From Guillardia theta nucleomorph (taxonomy: Eukaryota > Protista > Cryptophyta), in NCBI GenBank assembly GCA_000002975.1, contig AF165818.4, forward strand, positions 120,001 to 152,000: DNA of 32,000 nt, read 5' to 3'. Positions within the stretch are counted from its first letter, which is position 1, and every line of letters begins with the position of its first letter. The position numbers and the translations under genes are program-made. The notes beneath the pieces were generated by a model. It did no database searches. It saw nothing but the letters and a program-made list of their open reading frames with translations, and had not been told where the DNA came from. This document shows positions 18,898 to 28,800 of this stretch, piece after piece.

Positions 18898-19279
18898 AAT
18901 TAATTATTCCTAAAACTCTTAACATTATTTCAATTTGAGAAATTAACGATTGTTTTGTCCATAGTTCTGTTAACAAACCAGTTGTAATAAAAAACATAGC
19001 AATTCTACCATTAATAATCTCTGAATATTTTGAAAAACCAAAAATTTTATTTTCTAAGATTTCTTTTTCTAATCTTTCATTTTTCCACTTTTCAGCTAGA
19101 ATTTTTAGCTTTTTTTCTCGATTTGAGATTTCTTCTTTACTTAATACTATTTTACCTGGAATATTATTATCATCAGAAATAAAATCTGTTATCGTAGAAT
19201 ATTGTATAGTTTTAAGATTTTTAACTCCATAAATATTTCCTTTAATGCCGTTAAAATTGTGCAACACAATATTAATCAT
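18896..19279 (-). CDS. hlip: High-light-inducible / one-helix protein (LHC superfamily), plastid-targeted
   Basis: FGFSKYSEIINGRIAMF...LLTELWTKQSLISQI contains the chlorophyll-binding ExxNGRxAM motif. Confidence 0.9.
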   Translation of the reverse strand: MINIVLHNFNGIKGNIYGVKNLKTIQYSTITDFISDDNNIPGKIVLSKEEISNREKKLKILAEKWKNERLEKEILENKIFGFSKYSEIINGRIAMFFITTGLLTELWTKQSLISQIEIMLRVLGIIN

Positions 19280-19421
19280 TTTGGATACTTAATATCGCGC
19301 ACTACTTTAACTTACAATATCATTTATGATAATATATTAATGATAAGAATAAAACGTGAGTTATTTAAGACAGTTGTTTTCAATACATTTTATAATTAAC
19401 CAAATACTGTTAATACTCAAC

Positions 19422-19904
19422 ATGTACAACGAACCAAGGACTTTTATTCCTAATCATATCCTGGTATCAATGGGTCTGGTTAGTACTTTTATGGTGATTA
19501 TCTGCCTAGGCTACACTTATAAATTATTGCAAGATCTCAGTACTGATACAGTCAACCCTGTAGAAGTGTGTGACAAAGTAAATCAACTCAAAGTTCCTGA
19601 ATATCTGGCCCATCTTTTTTTATCCATTGCATTTGTGATAAGAGGTTGGTGGATTGTTGGCTTCTTAAATTTTCCATTCATATTTTACAATTTTGCACAG
19701 TGGTACGAAGGGAAGCATCAGCTTGATTCTGCACAAATTTTCAATGTTCTGTCTCGTGAGCTTAGGGTTATAAAGGCGAAATCTGCTTTTTTTATCATAA
19801 TCGTGATTTACACCATATGGGAATGGATGATATGGGTTCCACCTGATTATGTATCTGCAGGAGAAGGATATCATGTTGTAAAACAGATCCAAGTCTCACA
19901 CTAA
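19422..19904 (+). CDS. Cornichon/Erv14-family membrane protein (160 aa from ATG 19422)
   Basis: LQDLSTDTVNPVEVCDKVN..KVPEY..H...G.W....LN.P...YN.......H.LD...IF..L......K is the cornichon signature, with three hydrophobic segments. Confidence 0.8.
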   Translation: MYNEPRTFIPNHILVSMGLVSTFMVIICLGYTYKLLQDLSTDTVNPVEVCDKVNQLKVPEYLAHLFLSIAFVIRGWWIVGFLNFPFIFYNFAQWYEGKHQLDSAQIFNVLSRELRVIKAKSAFFIIIVIYTIWEWMIWVPPDYVSAGEGYHVVKQIQVSH

Positions 19905-19997
19905 CCAAGAATAAAAAAAGAATTAACTCTAAAATAACTTTCAACTTAATAAAACACTTCAGATCAAATCAAAATGTATCCTATTATGTATAATTAC

Positions 19998-20049
19998 AAC
20001 TATGATGTTCTTAGCTCACATTGATTAATGATTAAATCATATAAACTGA
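19998..20049 (+). ncRNA. Putative minimal box C/D snoRNA (snR71/SNORD29-like guide)
   Basis: Box C ATGATGT 20002-20008, guide CTTAGCTCACA, D' TTGA 20021-20024, C' ATGATTA 20028-20034, D CTGA 20046-20049. The guide pairs with the conserved LSU GUGAGCUGGG, and the D'+5 rule lands on the A. Confidence 0.7.
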
Positions 20050-20121
20050 GCTTTGTTAGTATAGCGGTTAGTATGCCTGCCTGTCACGCAGGAGTCCGGG
20101 GTTCGATTCCCCGACAAAGCG
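20050..20121 (+). tRNA. trnD: tRNA-Asp(GTC)
   Basis: GCTTTGT TA GTATAGCGGTTAGTAT G CCTGC CTGTCAC GCAGG AGTC CGGGG TTCGATT CCCCG ACAAAGC G. Confidence 0.96.
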
Positions 20122-20136
20122 TCCTAAAAATAATAT

Positions 20137-21366
20137 TCAAAATTTCAATATTCCGCCAATACCACCAAATCCTTTTACGAATTGAGCACCTTCTGGAGTT
20201 CTATCTGTTATAATATATATTTGTGTTTCACATTTATTTTTATTTTCAATTACCCAATCAATCACGTTACATTTGGCTGAAAATACAAGCTTTGGGTTTT
20301 CATCTAAACATTCAGTTTTATCACACTCATTTATTTTTTTAAATTTAACTATTTCTAAATTAGTAAACGAATCGATGTATACCATTCTTTCTATTTCCAG
20401 ATTTTCCCATAAAATTATTTTTGATAAGAATCCGTTTGTTAAAGAATTACATGTTTCTTCACATCCATAAACATATTTTCCCGTATCTTTTTCGATTTCA
20501 TCAAAAAAAGATTCAATAATTTTTTTTTCTTTTATACATTTTAGTTGATCTAATACAGAAGAAGAATTTTCTATGGCCTTATTAAATCCTATTTCACCTC
20601 CATAGGAAATATCAATGATGGATAAAATTTTTTCGCGCAACTTTTCATTAAAAAGTTCTGATGATATAAGTTCATTTTTAAGGTCGGCTGGTCCGGCAAT
20701 TACTAAACCTTCAATAAAATTTTTGTTAAAATCGCTTAGATAATATTGATCTGCAAGCTCACATATTTTGCGAATAAAATTTGTTCTTTTCTCAATTCTA
20801 ATTCTACTGAATCTTAATGCAGATTGACCTCCTCTTCCGTGTTTTTTGGGTAAATTTACATTTAATTTGTATAAAATTTCTTTATTATTACCAGCTAATA
20901 TTCCGAACAGTGCCCCTTTACCATCAAGTATAATGAAAGCTATTTTTTGATCTACCTGAATCATTTCAAGCAAGATGTTCGTATGAAATTTACTATCACA
21001 AATGTAAAATGAAGAATTCAATGGCTTTAAGGGTTCTATTTCTATCAATATTTTTTTTTCTTTGTTATTTTCATCTGTAAAAGTCCCACAATATATTATT
21101 AATCCATTATTTGGAGTTTTCGTATAATATTTTAACTTTTGTTGAACTGAAGATATCGCAGACAAAACAGAAGATCGATTAATTCTTGATTTTATGTTGG
21201 AAGCAGTTGCTAATTCATCTGACAACATTTTCGAAACCTTACTGATATGTTCATTTGAAGGTATTACTAATGAAATCATACTAGTACCGTTACCTTTTAT
21301 TGTTGAAAGATATTGATAAGTTTTTTTAATCTTCCACAGTTCGGTTTCATCTGGATACAATTCCAT
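20137..21366 (-). CDS. erf1: Eukaryotic peptide chain release factor 1
   Basis: GNGTSMISL, TASNIKS, YICDSKFH, PKKHGRGGQSA, EGAQFVKGFGGIGGIL. Confidence 0.97.
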   Translation of the reverse strand: MELYPDETELWKIKKTYQYLSTIKGNGTSMISLVIPSNEHISKVSKMLSDELATASNIKSRINRSSVLSAISSVQQKLKYYTKTPNNGLIIYCGTFTDENNKEKKILIEIEPLKPLNSSFYICDSKFHTNILLEMIQVDQKIAFIILDGKGALFGILAGNNKEILYKLNVNLPKKHGRGGQSALRFSRIRIEKRTNFIRKICELADQYYLSDFNKNFIEGLVIAGPADLKNELISSELFNEKLREKILSIIDISYGGEIGFNKAIENSSSVLDQLKCIKEKKIIESFFDEIEKDTGKYVYGCEETCNSLTNGFLSKIILWENLEIERMVYIDSFTNLEIVKFKKINECDKTECLDENPKLVFSAKCNVIDWVIENKNKCETQIYIITDRTPEGAQFVKGFGGIGGILKF

Positions 21367-21477
21367 ATAAGGTGCAAATAATTTATTTAAATGTAAATTA
21401 AACTAATATAGTATATTTATATTTATATTGATTAAATAATCTGACGAAGATTTTACTTAACTATTTACATTAAAAGT

Positions 21478-22419
21478 ATGTATATTTCTAGAAAAAAATT
21501 AGTTTTCATTGAAAAAAAAATCATGCTAAAATCATGTTCATTGAATATAAAGATTTTAATCTTCAAAAGCAACAAACGAAAAAAAAAATTTTATAATGAT
21601 ATCTACAGTTATCTTAATATTTTATACAAACAATTTTCTAACATGACAAAAAACTACATAGAAGAGACTATATGTGATATAAGTCACAACATTATATTGA
21701 TAAAAAGGCTTGATAATGAAAAAATTGTCGGAGGAATTTGTTATAAATTGTTTCATTCGTGCGAAATATTGGAAATAGTTTTTCTATGCATTGACCAGTT
21801 GAGAAAAAACTCAGGCTATGGTTCGCTGTTAATTAGTATTATTAAAAAACTAATTAAAAAAAAAAAGGTTAAATATATCCTAACATTTGGAGACATTAAT
21901 GCATATGATTTTTTTTGTAAATCTAACTTCAAAATTTTTAATCCAAATTTTAGATGTACATTGAATAGTTTTTTGAAACTTTATCGAAATGCAATTCTTG
22001 TTTATAATAGTTTTAACAATAATCAAAAAATAAGATTGAAAGATAGTTACATAAACTTGTGTTTCTTATTTCAGTGTAAGTTCACATATTTAAATAATTA
22101 TGAAATTTTAAATTATATTTATAATAATCATAACTTCGTCAAAAAAATTAAAAATTCTATTAATTTAAAAAAATTGCAGAGTCAAATTTTTATAAAAAAA
22201 TATAAAAACACTTTATTTTTTGATTTAATCGAGAACAACTTTAAATTTTTGTACATAAAAAATAAAAAATCTTCAAAAGTTTATTTTTATTATACCAAAA
22301 TAAGAAAGTTCAGGCAAATAATTTCATACTTAATTTGTCTTGATGGAAAGAAGAATAAGTTTGATAATTTAATATTTTATAACTTATTTAAACTTATAAA
22401 GATTATAATTTTTAAATAA
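21478..22419 (+). CDS. gcn5: GCN5-like histone acetyltransferase (HAT domain only)
   Basis: IVGGICY...EIVFLCI....NSGYG..L...K.....ILTFGD..A..FF....F. The catalytic Glu of EIVF is retained. Confidence 0.8.
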   Translation: MYISRKKLVFIEKKIMLKSCSLNIKILIFKSNKRKKKFYNDIYSYLNILYKQFSNMTKNYIEETICDISHNIILIKRLDNEKIVGGICYKLFHSCEILEIVFLCIDQLRKNSGYGSLLISIIKKLIKKKKVKYILTFGDINAYDFFCKSNFKIFNPNFRCTLNSFLKLYRNAILVYNSFNNNQKIRLKDSYINLCFLFQCKFTYLNNYEILNYIYNNHNFVKKIKNSINLKKLQSQIFIKKYKNTLFFDLIENNFKFLYIKNKKSSKVYFYYTKIRKFRQIISYLICLDGKKNKFDNLIFYNLFKLIKIIIFK

Positions 22420-22421
22420 CA

Positions 22422-23966
22422 TTATAAAAAATTAAATTTACAATTGGGTATTTGTTTTTTTACATCAGTATCATTTAGATCACAATTTGAGGAAAATGAT
22501 TCATCAACGTTATAATTATCGGTTTCAAAATACTTTTGTAAAATTTTTTTACTATATTCGTAAATTTTTTCGTCATTATGATATTGTAATTTCTCAATTT
22601 TGTCTAGACCATTTTCTTCTATTTTTTGGAGATAAATATTATCTTCTTTTTTTGTTACATTTTTCATTCCAAATTCTAGTATATTATCAATACCTTCTAG
22701 AATAACACGTATTAATCTTGGATCTGTTGAATCTAATAAATCAAGCATCGGCTTAATGCAACCATTGTTAACCATGTAATTTATTTGTCTAATATCGCCT
22801 CCACTAGTAGCATTTGAGATTGCCCATGCAGCTTCTTTTTTTACATCAATTTCAGCATTAGCAAGTAATTCTAAAATAGGGGGAATTAAATTTGCATCAA
22901 TAACTTGTTGTATCTGTGAACGTGTACCAGCGGTAATATTCGATAATACCCAGCATGATTCTCGTCGTAGTGTTTTTTTGCTTGATTTTAATAAATAAAG
23001 CAGACAAGGAAGGCTGCCACAGTTGATAATAAACTGTGTGTGAAAATTATTTCCTGTGGTGATATTACCAATTGTTCTAAGGGCAGGAACTTGGATTGAT
23101 ACATTATCGGAAATCAATAATTCAGTTATTCTTTTCAAAATTCCGGACTTTACAATCAATTCTATACCTTCTTCGTCATTATCTGACAAATATGATAATG
23201 TCCAACAAATGTCAGCTAGTATCTCAGAATCTTCTGTGAAAATTAGATCATTAAGAATAAAGACAAATTTTTTTTTGTTTTCGTTAGATAATCCAGGTTT
23301 TCCTCTGCAAAGATTCGAAATAGTCCAGATTGAGTTCCTTAATAGTTGCAATTTATTAGTTATCTTGATTTGATTTAATAGAGAATCTACAATTCCTTTT
23401 GTAATCAGAATATCTCTAAAATTTACACAATCGCCTGCAATATTCCCCAGCGCCCAAATAGCTTGACTTTTAATGCTTTCATTTGGGTTTTCTATATGTT
23501 TTATCAAAATTTCAGCAATTCCATTATCTATCAACGTTTTAGTTTCATCAGTTGAACCTGAAGCAATATTAGTTATTATCCAAGTTGATTCAAACTGTAT
23601 CTGAACATTTGAAAAATCTTCTAGCAAGTTTTTAAAAATAGGGACGAAACCAGTTTGAATAATTTCTTTAATGGGAGGCTGTTGTTCACTTGAAAGAATT
23701 TTTCTAATTTTGATAATAGAATTCAATCTTAAATTAATATCTTCTGATAACAAATTTTCTTTTAGATGATTTAGATTATTATCTCTATCGTTTTTTATAT
23801 CAATATTAGATAAGAAAGCTTCTTCTTCTATTTTTTCTTTTCTTCTTTTCATTGCTACAGTGTCTCTAACAATTTTTTTCTGTTTAATATTAAATTCTTC
23901 TCTTTTTTGGGTATTTTGTTGATAAATATTAATTTTATTTCTAATAAAACTGTTTTTTTCAATCAT
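22422..23966 (-). CDS. impA: Importin alpha (karyopherin alpha)
   Basis: IBB-like N-terminus and ARM repeats WIITNIASG, WALGNIAGD, WTISNLCRGKP, WVLSNITAG, KKEAAWAISNATSGG. Confidence 0.97.
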   Translation of the reverse strand: MIEKNSFIRNKINIYQQNTQKREEFNIKQKKIVRDTVAMKRRKEKIEEEAFLSNIDIKNDRDNNLNHLKENLLSEDINLRLNSIIKIRKILSSEQQPPIKEIIQTGFVPIFKNLLEDFSNVQIQFESTWIITNIASGSTDETKTLIDNGIAEILIKHIENPNESIKSQAIWALGNIAGDCVNFRDILITKGIVDSLLNQIKITNKLQLLRNSIWTISNLCRGKPGLSNENKKKFVFILNDLIFTEDSEILADICWTLSYLSDNDEEGIELIVKSGILKRITELLISDNVSIQVPALRTIGNITTGNNFHTQFIINCGSLPCLLYLLKSSKKTLRRESCWVLSNITAGTRSQIQQVIDANLIPPILELLANAEIDVKKEAAWAISNATSGGDIRQINYMVNNGCIKPMLDLLDSTDPRLIRVILEGIDNILEFGMKNVTKKEDNIYLQKIEENGLDKIEKLQYHNDEKIYEYSKKILQKYFETDNYNVDESFSSNCDLNDTDVKKQIPNCKFNFL

Positions 23967-24134
23967 AATGTTATATTTTTAGATTTGATGTTATTAACTT
24001 TAAAAATATGCTTTAAATAAAAATTTAATTTTTAAACATAATAATCAGTTAGCTTAAATTAAAACTGAAATAAAAATAACATAATCAAGATTTAAATTTT
24101 TAATAAAAAATTTTACTTAAGCATTATCTTAACA

Positions 24135-24392
24135 ATGATTAGCAGATTATCAAATAGTAAAATTTTAGAAAATTTTAAAAGATCTCTTTTTAAGAATAAT
24201 ATAACTCGGTCTTTTGATAAGAAAAATATTCAGATAAAATCAAATTTAATTTTTTGTCGTTATTTTGGTTTAATTTTAAAAATTAAAATATTGACAAAAA
24301 TTTATTTAAATATTTTAGAATTTAATAATGTTCAATTTAAGATTAAAGTTCGTAACATAAAAAAATTTTTTAAATTCTTAGTAAATTTTTAA
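24135..24392 (+). CDS. Hypothetical small basic protein
   Basis: 85-aa ATG ORF occupying the gap before sufD. No motif recognised. Confidence 0.35.
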   Translation: MISRLSNSKILENFKRSLFKNNITRSFDKKNIQIKSNLIFCRYFGLILKIKILTKIYLNILEFNNVQFKIKVRNIKKFFKFLVNF

Positions 24393-24446
24393 TATCAATG
24401 GATTATTATTTTATAAACAAATTCCCAACTTTCACATTGTATAGAT

Positions 24447-25850
24447 ATGTTCATTAATTGTTACATTTATGATTACAGAACTAATATTAAAACATCTAGG
24501 AGGAACAAAATCGAGTATAAATGTTCTAATATAAATAAAGTAAATATGACAAATCCTATGGTGCAAAAACAAAATATTGAAATAAAATGGTTAGAATCGT
24601 TTATTAAAACTCAAAACTCAGTTGAAGACATGCATCTATCTAATTGGAAAAAAATTGGGCTTAAACTAATAAAAAACTATACATTTCCTTCAAAAAATGA
24701 TGAAGTGTGGAGGTTTACTGATCTTAAAAAACTATATAATTTGAATTTCAATAAACATCCAAGTGAAAGTGATATTCTAGAATTTTGTGATAAAATAAAT
24801 ATTGAAAATAAAATAATTTTTGAAAACGGAAAGTTAGTTTATTTTGATAAAACACTAAGTGAAAATAAAATGATTGAAATAAAAAAGTTCACTGAATTAA
24901 ATAATGATGAAAAAAAAAAAGTTCTAGAATTATCTAATTCAGGTGAATGTGGTATTAGTGGGGGATTTTTTTCTATTTTAAATATTACATCTATTAATGA
25001 TATTTATATATTAAAATTTAATGAAGATTTTACAATAGAAACAAACATCAATCTTATTTCAATTGGTGCTTCTAATGAAAATCAAGAGATAGGATTTTCT
25101 AAAAGACTTTTGGTACTCTTAGAAAATAAATCTGAAGTTAAATTTAATTTAATAAATACATCAACTAAGAAAGAAGATATTTATTTTGAAAATTCATGCA
25201 TTAATTTTTATTTGAAAGAAAATTCTAATCTTGTTTTACAAAACATAAACAATTCTGTAGGTAGTTCAAACATTATGAATACAATTCACGTTGATTTAAA
25301 TAAAGGCTCGTTTTTCACATTTAACTCAATTTCTTTTGGTGGAGATTTTGAAAGAATCAATATTGGAGTCGATATGAACGGACCGGAATCACAATGTAAA
25401 TTAAATGGTGTATTTATAAATCACCAAAATAAAATAGCTGATATACACTCAAGAATTTCCCACAATTTTCCAAATTGTAAATCTTCTCAATTTCAAAAAA
25501 ACATATTGAACAATTTTTCTCATGCTATTTTTGCAGGAAAAATACAAATTCAATTTGGTGCAGAAAATTCCGAAGCTGAGCAACTATGCAGAACATTGAT
25601 GTTATCTCCAAAAAGTAGAATTGATTCTATTCCTATATTGGAAATAAACAACGAGAATGTTAAATGTTCTCATGGTGCTACTGTTTCTGATATCGATGAT
25701 GAACAAATGTTTTATCTTATAAGTAGAGGAATTGAAAAAAAAATAGCACAGTTAATATTAATTAAAGGTTTTATAAACGAATCTCTCATTCCTTTACCTT
25801 TATACCTTAAAAACAGTATTGAAAAGAAAATTTTTTCGTTATTAGAATAA
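24447..25850 (+). CDS. sufD: Fe-S cluster assembly protein SufD, plastid-targeted
   Basis: P...DEVWRFTDL N-terminal motif, beta-helix, H.RISH..P.C.S.Q, IDSIPILEI...NVKCSHGATVS.ID.EQMFYL.SRGI. N-terminus MFINC. Confidence 0.93.
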   Translation: MFINCYIYDYRTNIKTSRRNKIEYKCSNINKVNMTNPMVQKQNIEIKWLESFIKTQNSVEDMHLSNWKKIGLKLIKNYTFPSKNDEVWRFTDLKKLYNLNFNKHPSESDILEFCDKINIENKIIFENGKLVYFDKTLSENKMIEIKKFTELNNDEKKKVLELSNSGECGISGGFFSILNITSINDIYILKFNEDFTIETNINLISIGASNENQEIGFSKRLLVLLENKSEVKFNLINTSTKKEDIYFENSCINFYLKENSNLVLQNINNSVGSSNIMNTIHVDLNKGSFFTFNSISFGGDFERINIGVDMNGPESQCKLNGVFINHQNKIADIHSRISHNFPNCKSSQFQKNILNNFSHAIFAGKIQIQFGAENSEAEQLCRTLMLSPKSRIDSIPILEINNENVKCSHGATVSDIDDEQMFYLISRGIEKKIAQLILIKGFINESLIPLPLYLKNSIEKKIFSLLE

Positions 25851-28800
25851 ATAATTGCGATTGTTACATAGATGTTTAAACAAGGTGTGCTTGTTAAATT
25901 TTCTAATTTGACTAGATGAGTTTATCATACTACATATATACAGTTTATCGCATTTTTTTAATAGATCTTTGTGATAACTAATTAAGAAAAGTTGGGCTCC
26001 TATAGTTGAGAGTTTTTTTAGGTATAAAAGAAATTTAATTGTAATTTGTTGGTCTAGATATGCATCTGTTTCATCAAAGAGTAAAATTTTCACTTTGTTA
26101 TAAATGGAATTGATAATCATTAAAAGACATAATATTATCCCAGCTTCTCCGCTTGACAAATATGAAATAGAAATAAAGAAATTTTTGTTGTTTTTTGTAG
26201 TTATGAAATCGATTCCATAAAACTTAACTTTTTTTTTATTTTCCTTTTTAAATTTTGACATATTATTTTTTGTGTAAAAAATTGGATAAAATTTGAAATT
26301 TAAAAAGGATTTGACAATTTCATGCTGCATATTCAACAGGAACCTAAAAATTCTTTTTTTTTTAAAAATTGCTAATATAATGATTGATTGAAATAAAAGT
26401 ATTAAATCTAGCTGAGACTTATTATGAAATCTTGTAACGAAAAAAAATAATTGTTTATAATTATAAGAGTTTTTTCCATTGATATTTTCATTTTTTGTTA
26501 ATATCATAAATTTTTTGAACAAATACTTTAACGAAATTTCTTTAAATTGATTTATAAAAAAATTTTTTATTACATGAATTTGAGAATCTCGAATGAGATA
26601 TAAATTAAAGAGTTGAAAAATTCTTGACATAAAATTAAAAATGTAAATCTTATTTTGATAAAATATTAATGAAGTATTTTTATTTTGAAATAAAATATCA
26701 AAATTTATAAGCTTGTAAGTTTTGTTTTTATTATTTTTTTTTAAATATTTAACGTTCATTTTAAATTTTTTGGTTACTAATTTATAATTAATTGCAATGA
26801 ATAATTCTATTATAAAAGAGAAATAAGAAATGAATATTTGTTCTGTGAAAATCATTTCATATTTATAATTTTTATGAGTTATTGTCGAATTAAATTGATT
26901 TATGTAACATTTAAAATTCCTATTAAATTTTTGATTATTTAGAATAAAATAACACAAATGTATTGAATATGTTATACTTAAGTTTTCTCTGGCAAATTTT
27001 GAATACGAGTCTAAGGAAGAGTGAAATTTAATTTTATTGTAAGTTTGTTTGATTTTTATAAATATTTGTTCCAGTTTTTTTAAAAAAATTATTTTATAAT
27101 CCATGGTCAATTTCATAGACAATATTTCTTTTAGACCAGTTCTTTCTATTTTTAAATATGATATAAAATTAACAAAATGTTTTTTTTGATTGATATATTT
27201 TATCTTGTTTTCATTTCTTATTTCAAATCCTATTTCTGTGAAAATATTTATTTTATATTTTTTGGCTACATATAATGATTTTGCCAAGTTATGTGTTAGA
27301 AAGTCGGTATTAAAAATACTATTAATAATAGTTTTGAACTTTTTTTTACAATAAATCAGTTCATTTACTCGAATTAATTTTGATAATTTCATTAAATTTT
27401 CCTTTTTATATTCATATTTATTTTGTTCCAATATTACAAAATTAATGTCAGAGTTTTTTTGGGTAATAGTCAACTTGAATAATTTTTTTGCGGTTTGAAT
27501 ATTGTCTATTATAAGAAAATTTCCATACTTAATCATGATATTTTCATAAAACTTAACATATGGTGGATAAATGATAATGAGATCAAAAAGAAAACCATAA
27601 ATGTGTTTTTTTGAAAGTTCATTTTTTTCAAAAATATTATTTAATGAATAAATTGCATTTACTAAAGACATACTTAGTGAAGATTTTAAATTTTTTTCTA
27701 AAAACATTAAATTAGTTATAGTTTTCAATTTTTCATCATAAATATTGTTGTTGGTGATTATTATTTTATTTAAACATTTTAATTGACTAAATTCATGTAA
27801 ATAGAAAATAGAATTTAATTTTGATAAAAAGTGTTTAAAAGAAACAGTAAAATAAACCAAAATATTAAAAGGAAAAAAAATATTAAGTTTATATATCTTT
27901 CTAATATTAATCTTGTGAAATCTAATCTTAATTATATCGATAATACTGTTAATAAAAATGATATTACTATTTATCCAGCTTTTTTCCTTATGCAAACTGT
28001 TTTGAACGCTAGTAAAATACAAAATCTTTGAAAATAAAATATTCGAATATTTAAAGTAATTTTTGTACAAGTGTTTTTTCATTTTTAATTTTGAACTAAA
28101 ATAATTAACACTATTCTGTAATTTATAAAAGATTCGACTCATAAATGATAAATAAACAGAATTCTTCAATAAACAAAAATGTAAAAAAAAAATATCAAAT
28201 TTTAAACAAAAATTTTGACAAAATATGTTTGTAATGATATTAAAAAATTTTAATAATATATTTCTGATATTATTATATCTGCATTTATATTTTTTGTTTT
28301 TTGAAATAATTGTTTTGAAAATTATTGATTTTTTTGCGAATTTTATACCATCCCTTATTTGATACAATAATTTTTTTTTTATGTTAATTAATTTCAATAA
28401 AGACTTTTTAATTTTCATATTTAGGAAATTATAATTTGAAAGATTAAATTTTTTTTTAAAAAACACATATATTTCATGTGCTGTATAATTTTTAATAGTT
28501 TCAATTTCTTTTTTTTCAAAATGTGTAAAAAATAAGCCTTGAATTAAATCATTTGAATGTAAAAATAAAAAGAACTCATGTTTATCAAATACATAATCTT
28601 GAATCCAGAATTTTTGATAATCACCACTAGTTATTTTTTTGAATCTTAAATATTTTGATTTAAATGGAAAAAATCGACAGCGATTATCAAACGTTAATTC
28701 AACTAAAGAAAAATGTTTCTTTGAATAATTAAATCTTTTGTAATTTTTTTCTTCGAAAAAATATAGTATTGATCTAATGAAATTAGACTTTCCAGAACCA

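Noticed and set aside
19294-19305. GC-rich TCGCGCACTAC whose complement could pair with the conserved SSU rRNA CGCGCGCUAC
   Set aside because: No D or D' box follows the would-be guide. More likely a promoter element or chance.
19202-19399. 65-aa ORF, and the GTG-start extension (19356) of the cornichon ORF
   Set aside because: Non-ATG starts spanning hlip antisense and a divergent promoter. ATG 19422 fits the family length.
20028-20213. 61-aa ORF
   Set aside because: It is a reading of the snoRNA, tRNA-Asp and eRF1 antisense.
20137-21366. Variant genetic code to explain the in-frame TAA in the Tat gene
   Set aside because: eRF1 has canonical TASNIKS and YxCxxxF motifs, TAA ends many genes here, and readthrough would not restore the Tat frame.
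21441-21450. CTGACGA hammerhead ribozyme core
   Set aside because: No stem II, GAAA or cleavage-site helix follows.
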